Source of the DNA: Thermomicrobiales bacterium | GTDB taxonomy: Bacteria; Chloroflexota; Chloroflexia; Thermomicrobiales; CFX8 | Assembly (NCBI GenBank): GCA_037045155.1 | Contig: JBAOIG010000005.1 | Location: forward strand, 257,006 to 321,005 | Direction of reading: 5' to 3' | Length of the DNA: 64,000 nucleotides | Shown here: positions 16,963-26,716 of the stretch, in pieces | Numbering within the stretch: the stretch's first letter is position 1 | How the letters are laid out: each line of letters opens with the position of its first letter | Notes under the pieces: model-generated | Databases searched by the model: none | Told to the model about the DNA's origin: nothing | The model's input: only the letters and a program-made list of their open reading frames with translations | Made by a program: the position numbers and the translations under genes

Positions 16963-17826
16963 TCAGCGGTCGGTCGCGAACGCATTGTAGGGCATCAGCG
17001 GCGCCTCGCTGCTGAGACCGTGACGCTGGAGGAAACCGTGGACGGCGGCGTTCCAGGCGAGAGGGTCCTCGCGGGCTGCCCCATGGTGAGCATTCGGGAG
17101 GATAACGAACTCACTGTCGGGGATCATCTTGTGCCACTCGTAGGAGCCGGTGATGGTCTGTTGCGGCTCGTTGCCGCCAACCAGCACGAGGACAGGAACC
17201 GACAATGCGGCAAGCTCGGCAGCCCGCGGGCGAACGTCCCAGGCGCGCATCGCGCGGAGCATCCGGGTCGCGTCGGCCGGCGTGCGGCCAACCGGGGCGG
17301 GCATCGTGGCGAACAGGCGACCAAGGTCGGAGTCGCTGAAGCCCGGCCGCTGGGTTGGCGGACCTTCGGATTGCCAGGGGAACGAACGAGGCTGACTGAC
17401 GATCGGCCGGTCGCCGGATTCGACGATATCGATCTGTTCGTCCAGCCAGTCTCGTGACAGTTCATCGAGCCAGGGGACAGTGTGACCGATGACAAGGGCG
17501 AGCGAGCGGTCGGGGAAATCCAACCCGAACTGGCAGGCGATGACGCCACCGAGCGACGCGCCAGCGACGATTGCGCGGTCGATATCGAGGCCATCCAGCA
17601 GGCCAAGAAGATCCGCAGCGAAGTCGGCGGCACGCCACTCGCCGTCGGGCGATCCGGAGCGGCCTGTGCCACGCCGGTCGAAGGTGATGACACGATAGAA
17701 CTGCGAGAAGTAGGCGACCTGAAACGGCATCCAGGCTTGATGATGATGGGCCTGCAGCACGAGCGGCAGGCCCTCGCCGAGATCCTCGTAGTAGAGCTCA
17801 ACGCCGTTCGCTGTGAGGCGTGGCAT
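16963..17826 (-). CDS. Alpha/beta-fold hydrolase
   Basis: 287 aa. Nucleophile elbow VAGASLGGVIA (GxSxG). ATGA overlap with the upstream S9 peptidase gene. Confidence 0.8.
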   Translation of the reverse strand: MPRLTANGVELYYEDLGEGLPLVLQAHHHQAWMPFQVAYFSQFYRVITFDRRGTGRSGSPDGEWRAADFAADLLGLLDGLDIDRAIVAGASLGGVIACQFGLDFPDRSLALVIGHTVPWLDELSRDWLDEQIDIVESGDRPIVSQPRSFPWQSEGPPTQRPGFSDSDLGRLFATMPAPVGRTPADATRMLRAMRAWDVRPRAAELAALSVPVLVLVGGNEPQQTITGSYEWHKMIPDSEFVILPNAHHGAAREDPLAWNAAVHGFLQRHGLSSEAPLMPYNAFATDR

Positions 17827-19769
17827 CAGTCGTTTCCCGGAGCCGCGCCGGAACCGAGATACCGCTCGAACCAGCCAACGAGGCGCTGGAGCAGATCGAG
17901 CTCGAACGCACGTTCGTGAAACGCGTGGCCCTGACGTGGGTAGGAGACCATGTCGGCCGGGACTCCGGCTGCCTTGAGCGCCGAGTAGAACTCGGTCGCC
18001 TGGGTGACCGGCACACGAACGTCTGCCTGGCCATGGACCATGAGTGTCGGCGTCGTGGCGTTGCGGATGTACCGGATCGGCGAACGATCCCAGGAACGGT
18101 CCGGATCAGTATTGACCTCGCCGAGGTTCCACTCGTTGAACGGGCGAATGTCGGTCGTGCCGATCTTGGAGACCCAGTTGGTGGGCGCAGCGCCGGCTAC
18201 AGCGGCCTTGAAGCGATCGGTATGACCAACGGCCCAGGCGGTCATGAACCCACCGAATGACCAGCCGCAAATGCCGAGCCTGTCCGGATCGGCAACACCG
18301 CGCTCGATCAGCAGATCGACACCAGTCATAATGTCGTCGAAGTCGCCGCCGCCGAAATCGTAGCGGTTTGCGCCGGTGAACTGGCCACCCCGACCGGTGC
18401 TGCCGCGAGGGTTCGGCAGGAAGACTGCGTACCCGGCCGCGGCGAGAATCTGGCCCCAGTCATGCCAGGTGCCGTGGAACCAGTTGCCCCATTGCCAGGA
18501 CGGGCCGCCGTGGATGGCGGCAACGAGCGGCAACGGTCCACCCGGGTGACCGGGAGGAAGCATCAGCCAGCCGTGGACGACGGTGCCATCGGTCGCGTTC
18601 CAGCGCAGCGGTTCCATGTCCGCCATGCTGACGCCTCGCACCTGCGGGTTGAGGTCGGTAAGGCGCCGCGCGGCGCCCCCAAGGGGACCCGAGTAGACAT
18701 TCGCAGGATGATCGGGGAACGCGCCAACAACCGCGAAACGGCCGGCGCGGATGTCCCAACCGGCCCGTGGGTCCACCCATGCGCCGTCAAGCTCGGAACC
18801 GAGATTGATCTGCTCCCACTCGGCGCCATGAGGGTCGGTGCGATCGATTCGGGTGTGTTGAGTTTCGACAGAATGGACGAGCAGGTCGTCGCCGTCAAAG
18901 GCGACTACGGTCGGAGTCATGCCGCGGTCGTCGAGGACGGCCAGATTGCCGGAGATGACATCAACGACAAACACGTTCGTCGGGTCGATGTCAGGCGCGC
19001 GTGAGCCGACGACGGCGATCGCGCGGCCATCTGCCGACCAGACCGGGACACCGGGAAAGCCACTGAGACGCAACAGCTCGCGCTGGTCAGCGCCATCAAG
19101 GGCGGTGGTGACCAGGAGGACATTGTCCCAGGTAGCCGAGAGGTCCTCGGTGTCGGACACGAGCGCAGCAATCGTCGATCCGTCCGGCGAAATAGCAAAT
19201 GCCCAGACGTGACCATCGCGAGGGCCGATGAGTGCGGGCGGGCCGCCGGTCACAGCGACGGCGGCGAGGCCGTGCGGCCTCCAGACCTCGCTCTCGACAC
19301 GGTACTCGCGCTCGGGATCTTTCAGGCCGGCCAACGCTCTCCGGCGAGCGGTGAAGAGGATCGATCGGCCGTCCGGGGCGAAGGCCGGCTGAGTCACGCC
19401 CCCGTTGAGCCAGGTCAGACAGAGCGCCTCACCTCCGCGGGCAGGAATGACATGGATCTGCTGCCGGCCACGCTCGACCCGGTCGGACAGAAAGGCGACG
19501 CTGGCGCCATCCGGCGACCAGCATGGCGCAGTGTTGTTGCAATCGCTCCCGGTCAGCGCGCTGGGAAGTCCCGTTCCATCAGACGGGACGACGAAGATCG
19601 TCGAGGTGCGATCCTTCTGGTGGTGGCCGATCGGCTCGGTGCGGAACAGAACCTGCTGGCCGTCTGGAGAGAGTCGGATGTCGAACGGAACTCGAAGATC
19701 GACGGCCATCTCGGGGGTATACCGGTTGGGCACAGTGCGTCCTTTCAGGGTGTGACTCGTGACAGGCAA
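17826..19769 (-). CDS. S9-family serine peptidase (prolyl oligopeptidase / acylaminoacyl-peptidase type) with N-terminal beta-propeller
   Basis: GWSFGGFMTAWA (Ser), VHGQADVRVP (Asp) and GHAF (His). The propeller has repeated SPDG motifs. The start is TTG at 19769 or GTG at 19733 (after AAAGGA). Confidence 0.88.
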   Translation of the reverse strand: MPVTSHTLKGRTVPNRYTPEMAVDLRVPFDIRLSPDGQQVLFRTEPIGHHQKDRTSTIFVVPSDGTGLPSALTGSDCNNTAPCWSPDGASVAFLSDRVERGRQQIHVIPARGGEALCLTWLNGGVTQPAFAPDGRSILFTARRRALAGLKDPEREYRVESEVWRPHGLAAVAVTGGPPALIGPRDGHVWAFAISPDGSTIAALVSDTEDLSATWDNVLLVTTALDGADQRELLRLSGFPGVPVWSADGRAIAVVGSRAPDIDPTNVFVVDVISGNLAVLDDRGMTPTVVAFDGDDLLVHSVETQHTRIDRTDPHGAEWEQINLGSELDGAWVDPRAGWDIRAGRFAVVGAFPDHPANVYSGPLGGAARRLTDLNPQVRGVSMADMEPLRWNATDGTVVHGWLMLPPGHPGGPLPLVAAIHGGPSWQWGNWFHGTWHDWGQILAAAGYAVFLPNPRGSTGRGGQFTGANRYDFGGGDFDDIMTGVDLLIERGVADPDRLGICGWSFGGFMTAWAVGHTDRFKAAVAGAAPTNWVSKIGTTDIRPFNEWNLGEVNTDPDRSWDRSPIRYIRNATTPTLMVHGQADVRVPVTQATEFYSALKAAGVPADMVSYPRQGHAFHERAFELDLLQRLVGWFERYLGSGAAPGND

Positions 19770-19777
19770 AAATATGG

Positions 19778-20542
19778 TTAGAGGGTGTCCTCACGCTCCG
19801 CGGACTGGAGCTCGTCGACAATGGTGCGCAGGTCTGTTGCGCGAACGTGCATGCGAACGAGCGGCTCGCCTTCGTGATCGAAGAAGAGCACATCGACATG
19901 ATCATCTGCGTCAACCAGCTCGGAGCCGTTGTAGTCGATCTCGACGGTGAGCATCGGGACTGTGCCGGCGAGGTCGGCCTCGCGTTCACCAGGCTTGGTG
20001 TTGGCCGCCGCGTACCCCCAGTGATCGACAAGATCGACGAGAGCGCCACGCTCATTGGGCGCGACGCCAAGGTAGATCGATAGATCGATTCGACCATCAC
20101 TCAGATGCAGATAGAGGCCATCCTGGGCGCGCTCGATAGCCACATCGCCCGGAAACCAGACGTCATAGATGATCAGCGGCCTCGGCGCGTCGTCCTCGTC
20201 TTCGCCTTCAGCATTCTCCGCGTCGCCGTGGACGATCTGCTGCATCAGAGAGTAATGTGCGAGGCCATAGAGATAGAGCGTCTCGGAGACCTTGGGACGC
20301 AGCTCAGGATCGATCACGTCGCCGAGCACATCCCCGACGAGGCGCTCGAGAGCCCGGAGCATGCGATCGAACTCATCGACGCCGCGGAGCTCTCGGTCGA
20401 CAAATGCACTGGCATATCCGTATGCGGTTGCGAGATCCTCGTAGATACGGTCGGTGGAATTCTCGGATAGGAACTCGCGGATATCGTCGAACAGATCGTC
20501 CTCGCCGCCGTGGTGACTCGACCGATCGCCGTGTGCGGACAT
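19778..20542 (-). CDS. Hypothetical acidic protein (254 aa), first gene of the peptidase operon
   Basis: ATG at 20542 follows AGGAG. The ORF-track start at 20752 would overlap the divergent decarboxylase gene. I recognise no motif. The stop lies 8 nt before the S9 gene. Confidence 0.55.
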   Translation of the reverse strand: MSAHGDRSSHHGGEDDLFDDIREFLSENSTDRIYEDLATAYGYASAFVDRELRGVDEFDRMLRALERLVGDVLGDVIDPELRPKVSETLYLYGLAHYSLMQQIVHGDAENAEGEDEDDAPRPLIIYDVWFPGDVAIERAQDGLYLHLSDGRIDLSIYLGVAPNERGALVDLVDHWGYAAANTKPGEREADLAGTVPMLTVEIDYNGSELVDADDHVDVLFFDHEGEPLVRMHVRATDLRTIVDELQSAEREDTL

Positions 20543-20707
20543 CCGGACGCTCCTGTCTGCGCTGCGCGCTCGATCGTGCCGCATCGGCACCGGCCAATTG
20601 CGGCGTACCATACCAGAGGCGGGAACGGCGCGGTAGACAGCTCGTGTCGACCGACGCTCCGAAGCATGTGAGCAGCCAGCGCAACCTGGGACAGGGGGAT
20701 TTCGGTA

Positions 20708-22165
20708 GTGATGGATCAGCGGGACGCGCCATTCATCGAGGCACTGCAACAATATGCCGGGACTGCAGCCGTGCCATTCTCAACACCGGGCCATAAGCGC
20801 GGAGCCGGCGCCCCGGCGACCCTGCGACAACTGCTTCCCGACGCGCTCGCTTGCGACATCCCGCACGGCGGCGGAGTGGACACGACCCACCTGTCGAAAG
20901 GACTGCTGCGCGAGGCGGAGAAGCTGGCGGCGGCGGCGTATGGAAGCGACGAGGCGCGGTTCCTGGTAAACGGGAGCACGACTGGCAACCTCGCGATGCT
21001 GATGGCGGCGGCGCAGGATGGCGAGACCGTGCTGGTCAGCAGAATGCTGCACAAATCGCTGATGGCCGGCCTGATATATAGCGGCGCTCGACCGGTCTTT
21101 CTGACGCCCGAGATCGAGACGGCACGGAATCTGCCGCTGGCTATCACTCCGGGACGTATCGCTGACGCGCTGGCGAGCCACCCCGACGCGAAGGCCGTCG
21201 TGCTCGCGAGTCCGTCATACGTCGGGGTGAGCTGCGACCTGGCTGAGATCGCCCGCGTCTGCCACGAGGCCGGCAAGCCGCTGCTGGTGGACGAAGCCTG
21301 GGGGCCACACTTCCACTTTCACCCGGCGCTGCCCTTGTCGGCGATGCAGGCCGGCGCGGACGCGGGGGTATCGAGTACTCACAAGATGCTGGCAGCTCTC
21401 ACGCAGGGCTCGACGCTGGTCATGCGCCACGGACGGGTCGATGTCGAGCGGATGAGCACGATCGTGGACATGGCGCAAACGACAAGCCCGTCGGCCCTGA
21501 TCTATGCCTCGCTCGACGCGAGCCGACGACAGATGGCGCTGGACGGAGAGTGGCTTCTCGGGCGGACGATCGAGCTGGCTAACGACCTGCGCGATCGGTT
21601 GGGAGCGCTTTCGGGATTAGCGGTTATCGGACCGGAGATCATTGGAGGCCATCCGGGTGTTCAGCTGGACCCGACTCGCGTCGTGGTGGATGTGCATCAA
21701 CTAGGCTGGACCGGCTACGAGGCGGAGGATTATCTCCGCGACGAGCACGGGGTCTATGTCGAGATGAGCGACCTGCTGAGCGTGATGCTGCTGGTTACGA
21801 TCGGAGACAGCGCAGAGTCAATCGGGCGGGCAGCCCGGGGGTTTTCGATGCTGGCAGCGCGCCCGCGCCCGGCAAGGCACTCCACCGCCGCGCGCTCTGT
21901 CGGGGAGCTGCTGTTCGCCGGCGTCGCGGAGCTGACTCCCCGTGAGGCGTTCATGGGGCAAACCCGCGCGGTGGCGATCCCGGAGGCGCACGGGGAGATC
22001 AGCGCCGAGGCAATCACACCGTACCCGCCGGGCATCCCCATTGTCGCGCCAGGAGAACGGATATCCGCAGCGACGATCGACTATCTTCGCGTCGGGATCG
22101 CCGAGGGCATGTACATTTCCGGAATGGCGGATTCGACGTTCGAGACTGTGCGAGTGGTGAAGTGA
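20708..22165 (+). CDS. PLP-dependent Orn/Lys/Arg decarboxylase-family protein
   Basis: 485 aa. N-terminus PFSTPGHKRG and PLP-lysine motif SSTHKMLAALTQGS. Confidence 0.85.
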   Translation: MMDQRDAPFIEALQQYAGTAAVPFSTPGHKRGAGAPATLRQLLPDALACDIPHGGGVDTTHLSKGLLREAEKLAAAAYGSDEARFLVNGSTTGNLAMLMAAAQDGETVLVSRMLHKSLMAGLIYSGARPVFLTPEIETARNLPLAITPGRIADALASHPDAKAVVLASPSYVGVSCDLAEIARVCHEAGKPLLVDEAWGPHFHFHPALPLSAMQAGADAGVSSTHKMLAALTQGSTLVMRHGRVDVERMSTIVDMAQTTSPSALIYASLDASRRQMALDGEWLLGRTIELANDLRDRLGALSGLAVIGPEIIGGHPGVQLDPTRVVVDVHQLGWTGYEAEDYLRDEHGVYVEMSDLLSVMLLVTIGDSAESIGRAARGFSMLAARPRPARHSTAARSVGELLFAGVAELTPREAFMGQTRAVAIPEAHGEISAEAITPYPPGIPIVAPGERISAATIDYLRVGIAEGMYISGMADSTFETVRVVK

Positions 22166-22243
22166 CGAGCGCGGGTGATTGTGTGCGCCAGGCTTGGCAG
22201 TCGACGTCATGGCCGGATGCGTAACGTGCGAGGAAAAGGGACG

Positions 22244-22948
22244 ATGTCGAAGATCGAGGCGGTGCTGTTCGATATGGATGGGGTGCTGATCGACTCGGAG
22301 CCGGTCCACTTCCAGATGATGGTCGAAACATTGGACGCACACGGGCTGCCGACGCCGAACGACGCCGAGTGGGAGGAATTCCTCGTTGGCCGGCCCGACC
22401 GCGACGGACTGACCGACTGGTTGCTGGGTCACCGCATCGACGCCGACATCGGAGCGTTGATGGCCGACAAGCTGGAGCGAATGACGGCGCGTTTCGACGA
22501 GCTGGTGGCGCCGTGTGACGACGGGCAGTGGCTCGCGCGCGAGCTCGCTCGACGGGGGATGCCACTCGCGGTCGTCACAGGCGCGCGCCGGGCAGAGCTG
22601 GACATCGTGCTGAAGCGGTTCGATCTCGGCAATGTCTTCGCCGCGACGATCAGCGCGGACGACGTGCGGACCGGCAAGCCGGAACCCGAGCCATTTCTCG
22701 CGGGAGCAGCCGCGCTCGGCGTGTCCGCGACCGCGTGTGCGGTGATCGAGGATGCTGTGCCGGGGCTGCGCGCGGCCGAAGCGGCGGGAATGCGCCCGTT
22801 CGTCGTCGACCGAGGCGGTGACCCCGCTCGATTCGTCACGGTCACGCCGTTCTCAGCGCTCGATAGTCGTGTGCTGACGGTATTGCTGGAGCTGGCTGGG
22901 ATCGGATCAGCGCGACACGAACGCGACGGACTCGACCTCCAACGATAG
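22244..22948 (+). CDS. HAD-IA hydrolase (beta-phosphoglucomutase/phosphatase-like)
   Basis: Motif I reads AVLFDMDGVLIDSEP, with TGKPEPEPF and a DA..G motif further on. ATG at 22244. Confidence 0.8.
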   Translation: MSKIEAVLFDMDGVLIDSEPVHFQMMVETLDAHGLPTPNDAEWEEFLVGRPDRDGLTDWLLGHRIDADIGALMADKLERMTARFDELVAPCDDGQWLARELARRGMPLAVVTGARRAELDIVLKRFDLGNVFAATISADDVRTGKPEPEPFLAGAAALGVSATACAVIEDAVPGLRAAEAAGMRPFVVDRGGDPARFVTVTPFSALDSRVLTVLLELAGIGSARHERDGLDLQR

Positions 22949-23902
22949 CGCGGCCGGCACGACCGCCGTCCACCGCCACTCGCCGGGCGTGGCCCGCAGA
23001 AGTCGCCCGCCCGAGCAGATCGCCCAGACGGTATCATCCGGCGCTTCGACAAAGAGCTCGACCATGTCCTCCATCGGCACGTCGATTCCATCGGAGGCGG
23101 CCTGCCAGCTGTCGCCACCATCCGAGGAGACGACGATCCGGCCCTGGCGACCGACCCGTGGGGCTGGCCCGGCAAGGAGGAGGGATGGCGCAGCACGAGG
23201 AATCAACGTCGCCCGGGTATAGTCAGTCTCGACCTTCTCCCAGGTCGCGCCGCCATCGCGCGACCGGCCGACTCCGCCGAGGTGGTACTCGCCACGATCT
23301 CCATCACGCTTCAGAGCCGCATAGCCAAGCGCGGCGTAGAGCAGCGCTGGGTCAACCGGGTGGCCAGTGATGTGATGAATGTCGTCGTCCTGGATCACTG
23401 GCGCGATCGACCATGTTGCGCCGCCGTCGGGGCTGTCGAGCAGGCCGCCGACTTCGACCGACGCCAGTAGACGACGACTCCGACCCGGCGCATAGACGTT
23501 GCGAAGCGCTCCCGCCCGTGGCGAGTAGGGCAGGAACCAATCGGAGCTGGCGGGAAGGCGCCCGATGGCATCGAGCTCGGACCAAGTCTCGCCGCGATCG
23601 ATGCTGCGGAAGAGTCGCGCCGGCTCAGCGCCGGCCAGAATTGCCTCAGGATTGAGCGGGTCGGGGACGATCGTGCGGAACGCGGGCGCGGTAAGGCCGG
23701 CCTCGATCCGGGTCCAGGTAACGCCACTATCAACACTGCGGAACAGACCGTCGCCATACGTCCCGGCGAGGACACTGTCGTCGTTACCGAACCGCCAGGC
23801 ATGGACGGCGGAAACGCGATGGCCCGTCAGTCCGAGCGGATGGATCCCGTCGCCAGAGATGCGGTGGATGCCAGAGGATGTGCCGAGATAGGTGTCATAC
23901 AT
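22907..23902 (-). CDS. BNR/Asp-box repeat beta-propeller protein (sialidase-like / Ycf48-like)
   Basis: Five Asp-boxes: SVDSGVTW, SIDRGETW, SPDGGATW, SRDGGATW and SSDGGDSW. No signal peptide. Confidence 0.75.
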   Translation of the reverse strand: MYDTYLGTSSGIHRISGDGIHPLGLTGHRVSAVHAWRFGNDDSVLAGTYGDGLFRSVDSGVTWTRIEAGLTAPAFRTIVPDPLNPEAILAGAEPARLFRSIDRGETWSELDAIGRLPASSDWFLPYSPRAGALRNVYAPGRSRRLLASVEVGGLLDSPDGGATWSIAPVIQDDDIHHITGHPVDPALLYAALGYAALKRDGDRGEYHLGGVGRSRDGGATWEKVETDYTRATLIPRAAPSLLLAGPAPRVGRQGRIVVSSDGGDSWQAASDGIDVPMEDMVELFVEAPDDTVWAICSGGRLLRATPGEWRWTAVVPAALSLEVESVAFVSR

Positions 23903-23973
23903 GGATCGCTCCTCGTGATGCGACGCGTCGGAAGCTCGCGTCGCATCTATCTCGCAATCCGCAGGCCGCGCGC

Positions 23974-24684
23974 TCAGCCGAGCGCGCGGTCGATCGCTTC
24001 GACGAACGAGTCAGTGTCGGACAGGTCGCCGAGCAGCGCGTCGGGTCGATGGGGCTCCAGCGCGGAGAGGTCGAACCGGCCCGTCGCGACAGCGACAACG
24101 CGCGCTCCACCCAGGCGCGCGGCGGCGATGTCCGCTGGAGTGTCGCCAACCAGGACGGTCTCGGACGGCGCATAGCGCACTCCGGTCGCCCGCAGGGCTG
24201 CGCCGATTGCTTCATCCACCAGATGTCCGCGCTCGATGGCCCGGTCGCCCCACGCGCCGAAGGAGATGAGCATGCCGAGGCCAACGCCGCGCAGTTTCGC
24301 CTCGCCGACCGCGCGCCCGTTTCCAGTGAGCGCCCCAACCGCCCATCCATGATGGTGGGCGGCCAGGACTGCCTCGGTGACTCCGGGCAGCAGTCGTTCG
24401 CGGAGGTTGCTGCCGGCAATGGTCTCCGCATAGCGCAGACCCATCGCCGACATCATCTCGTCCAGGCGCATGCCTGCCTCGTCGATGTCCAGCCCATGGC
24501 GCTCGAAGAGAATGCGGGCGATCTGGGCATCGAGCATGCCGGCCAGCGGGACGCCTTCCAGCGTCACCGGCCGGCCATAGACCTGCTCGAAAGCGTGGGT
24601 GAACGCCGCGCCGTGGTGGCGGTCGCCGGCAATGAGGATCGTCCCGTCGATGTCAAACAGGACCAGCCCGCGCTGTCGGCTCAT
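23974..24684 (-). CDS. HAD-family hydrolase (phosphoglycolate phosphatase-like)
   Basis: LVLFDIDGTIL motif I and VGDTPADI motif IV. ATGA overlap with the upstream M20 gene. Confidence 0.8.
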   Translation of the reverse strand: MSRQRGLVLFDIDGTILIAGDRHHGAAFTHAFEQVYGRPVTLEGVPLAGMLDAQIARILFERHGLDIDEAGMRLDEMMSAMGLRYAETIAGSNLRERLLPGVTEAVLAAHHHGWAVGALTGNGRAVGEAKLRGVGLGMLISFGAWGDRAIERGHLVDEAIGAALRATGVRYAPSETVLVGDTPADIAAARLGGARVVAVATGRFDLSALEPHRPDALLGDLSDTDSFVEAIDRALG

Positions 24685-26024
24685 GCGCGCGCCGAACAGT
24701 AGCGGACAACGATCTCGAATAGCGCTTTGGTCGCGAAGAGCAGATTGTCGATTGCCACCCGCTCGTCGTGATTGTGAGCGCCGTTCATCTCCGCCACGGA
24801 ATACGGCGCCGGGTTGAAGCCGTAGACCTTTACACCGGGGATCGACTTGGCGTCGGTGCCTCCGGAAACGAGGAACGGCGCGACATCCGACCCAGGGTCG
24901 ACATCGCCCATGACGGCGCGGATCGTGTCGAAGAGCGGCGAGGCAGGATCGGCCTCGATGCCCGCGGCGCCACCACTGCCAACAATCGCGACTTCGTCGC
25001 CAAGAAGTTGCTGAACCTCGGCGCGGAATGCGTCGGGATCCTGCCCGGGGAGGATGCGACCATCGACATCGCAGTCCACCTCGCCGGGGATCACGTTAAT
25101 GCGATGGCCACCGTGGATGATGGTCGGGACGGCGGTATTGCGGGTGGTCGCGCGGAGCGAGAGCTTTTCGAAATCACTGAGCGGCAGGCGATTGAGATTG
25201 TCCCAGGTCGGATCAGCCAGGATCTCATCGACAACGCTGCCGCGATCGCCGAGCGCAGTCTGGAAGGTCCTCAACATCATATCGACCGATGACGTCATGA
25301 CCGTCGGGAACGTATGCTGAGAGAGCTTCACCAGCGCGCGGCCCATCCGGAGCATCGCGGTGTCGTCGCGCGGGACGGAGGCGTGGCCCGGCTCGGCGCG
25401 GGCGACAATCCGCATTCGTGCGCCACCCTTTTCGCCGGTCTGGCAGAGGTAGAAGCGCTTTCCGGCGATCTCGATGGCGTTGCCGCCGCCCTCGTTGATC
25501 GCGACCTCGGCATCGATCAGGTCGCGATGGTTCTCCCACATCCAGGTTGCGCCGTACCGGCCACCAGCTTCCTCGTCGGCGAACGTGCACATAATCAGGT
25601 CACGGTCGAGCGTCAGGCCCATTCGCCTGATGAGGAGCATCACGAGCAGCTCGGAGGCTACGAGGTTCTTGGTGTCAACTGCTCCGCGTCCCCAGATCAT
25701 CCCGTCGGCGATGTCGGCGGCGAAGGGCGGATGCTGCCACTTGTCGGCCTCGACGGAAACGACATCGCTGTGGGCCATCAGCATCAGCGGCCGGCCCTTG
25801 CCCTCGCCCCCGATACGGGTCACGAATGAGGCGCGGCCGGGATCGCTTTCGAGGATGTGAGAAGACAGTCCCACCGTAGAGACCACATCACGCAGATGAG
25901 TTGCGACCTGAATCTCGTTCCCCGGCGGATTGACCGTCTCGAATCGGATCAGATCCTGAAGGTGGGTTGTGACTTCGTCACGCACGCTGTCCCAGTTGAC
26001 CTGGGCGCTGATTCCTGCGGACAT
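24681..26024 (-). CDS. M20-family metallopeptidase (ArgE/DapE/CPG2-like)
   Basis: 447 aa, with LMLMAHSDVV, a GRGAVDTK-type metal site and ADEEAGG. Confidence 0.85.
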   Translation of the reverse strand: MSAGISAQVNWDSVRDEVTTHLQDLIRFETVNPPGNEIQVATHLRDVVSTVGLSSHILESDPGRASFVTRIGGEGKGRPLMLMAHSDVVSVEADKWQHPPFAADIADGMIWGRGAVDTKNLVASELLVMLLIRRMGLTLDRDLIMCTFADEEAGGRYGATWMWENHRDLIDAEVAINEGGGNAIEIAGKRFYLCQTGEKGGARMRIVARAEPGHASVPRDDTAMLRMGRALVKLSQHTFPTVMTSSVDMMLRTFQTALGDRGSVVDEILADPTWDNLNRLPLSDFEKLSLRATTRNTAVPTIIHGGHRINVIPGEVDCDVDGRILPGQDPDAFRAEVQQLLGDEVAIVGSGGAAGIEADPASPLFDTIRAVMGDVDPGSDVAPFLVSGGTDAKSIPGVKVYGFNPAPYSVAEMNGAHNHDERVAIDNLLFATKALFEIVVRYCSARA

Positions 26025-26120
26025 GAGCTTTCCTCCCTTACCGAACGATCGTCGGGGGCATGGTACGGTGTGCGGTCGGACGCGGCAACCGGGATGCTTT
26101 GGCCTGAGGGAAGAATAGCG

Positions 26121-26148
26121 CGCCGGCCAGCGGTGAGCGGCTGGCCGG
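26121..26148 (-). terminator. Hairpin downstream of the CpXC gene
   Basis: CCGGCCAGC-ggtgagcg-GCTGGCCGG forms a perfect 9-bp stem about 20 nt after the stop at 26166. Confidence 0.4.
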
Positions 26149-26165
26149 ATGGGAATAGAGCCCGG

Positions 26166-26690
26166 TCAGGCAGTCTCGACGTCGCGGACAACGCCAGGCG
26201 CGAGGTCACCGGAGGCGAGGTCCTGCTCGCGCTCCTGTCGGGCGCGCTCGATCGCTGCCTCAGCGGCCTCCTGGCCACCGAGATGCTTCTCGATGAGCTC
26301 GTCGAAGCCGAAGACGATGTCAACCTGCACATCTACGTCGGCCCATTTCTCGACGAGATTCTCCAGGCGACTCCAGTAGATCTCCTCGCCGCCGCCGGCC
26401 TTGAACTCCCACGCGGGCCGGACCTGGATGACCAGATTGCGGTCCGGATCGTAGGCGCAGAAGATATGATCCACTTCGATATGGTATTTGCAAGCGGGGC
26501 AGTAGGCGTGGTGCATCGCCTTGCGCAACATGCCCTCGCGGCCCTTCGGATCGGTCCCGAAGTTGACGAAGTTGGCGACGACCGGTGACCAGGTAGCGCG
26601 ACAGTTCGGGCAGCGCAACTCGGTCTCGGTGTACGCGGTCTTCAGTCGTTCCTCACGATCGGTGGCCTCGGCAGTCGTCTGGTCGTTCAT
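26166..26690 (-). CDS. CpXC-domain protein
   Basis: 174 aa with two CPxC motifs (CPNCRATW and CPACKYH) spaced as in the CpXC family. Confidence 0.6.
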   Translation of the reverse strand: MNDQTTAEATDREERLKTAYTETELRCPNCRATWSPVVANFVNFGTDPKGREGMLRKAMHHAYCPACKYHIEVDHIFCAYDPDRNLVIQVRPAWEFKAGGGEEIYWSRLENLVEKWADVDVQVDIVFGFDELIEKHLGGQEAAEAAIERARQEREQDLASGDLAPGVVRDVETA

Positions 26691-26716
26691 TTCTCAGTTC
26701 TCCAAGTGTTGGTCCG

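Noticed and set aside
16942-16965. Same-frame TGA between the alpha/beta hydrolase and the M28 gene (also 42264-42296 and 58933-58962) as further recoding candidates
   Set aside because: The gaps contain ordinary RBS sequences (GAGGAG) followed by ATG starts. One of the stops is TAG. There is no domain continuity across any of the stops and no hairpin. These are normal operon junctions.
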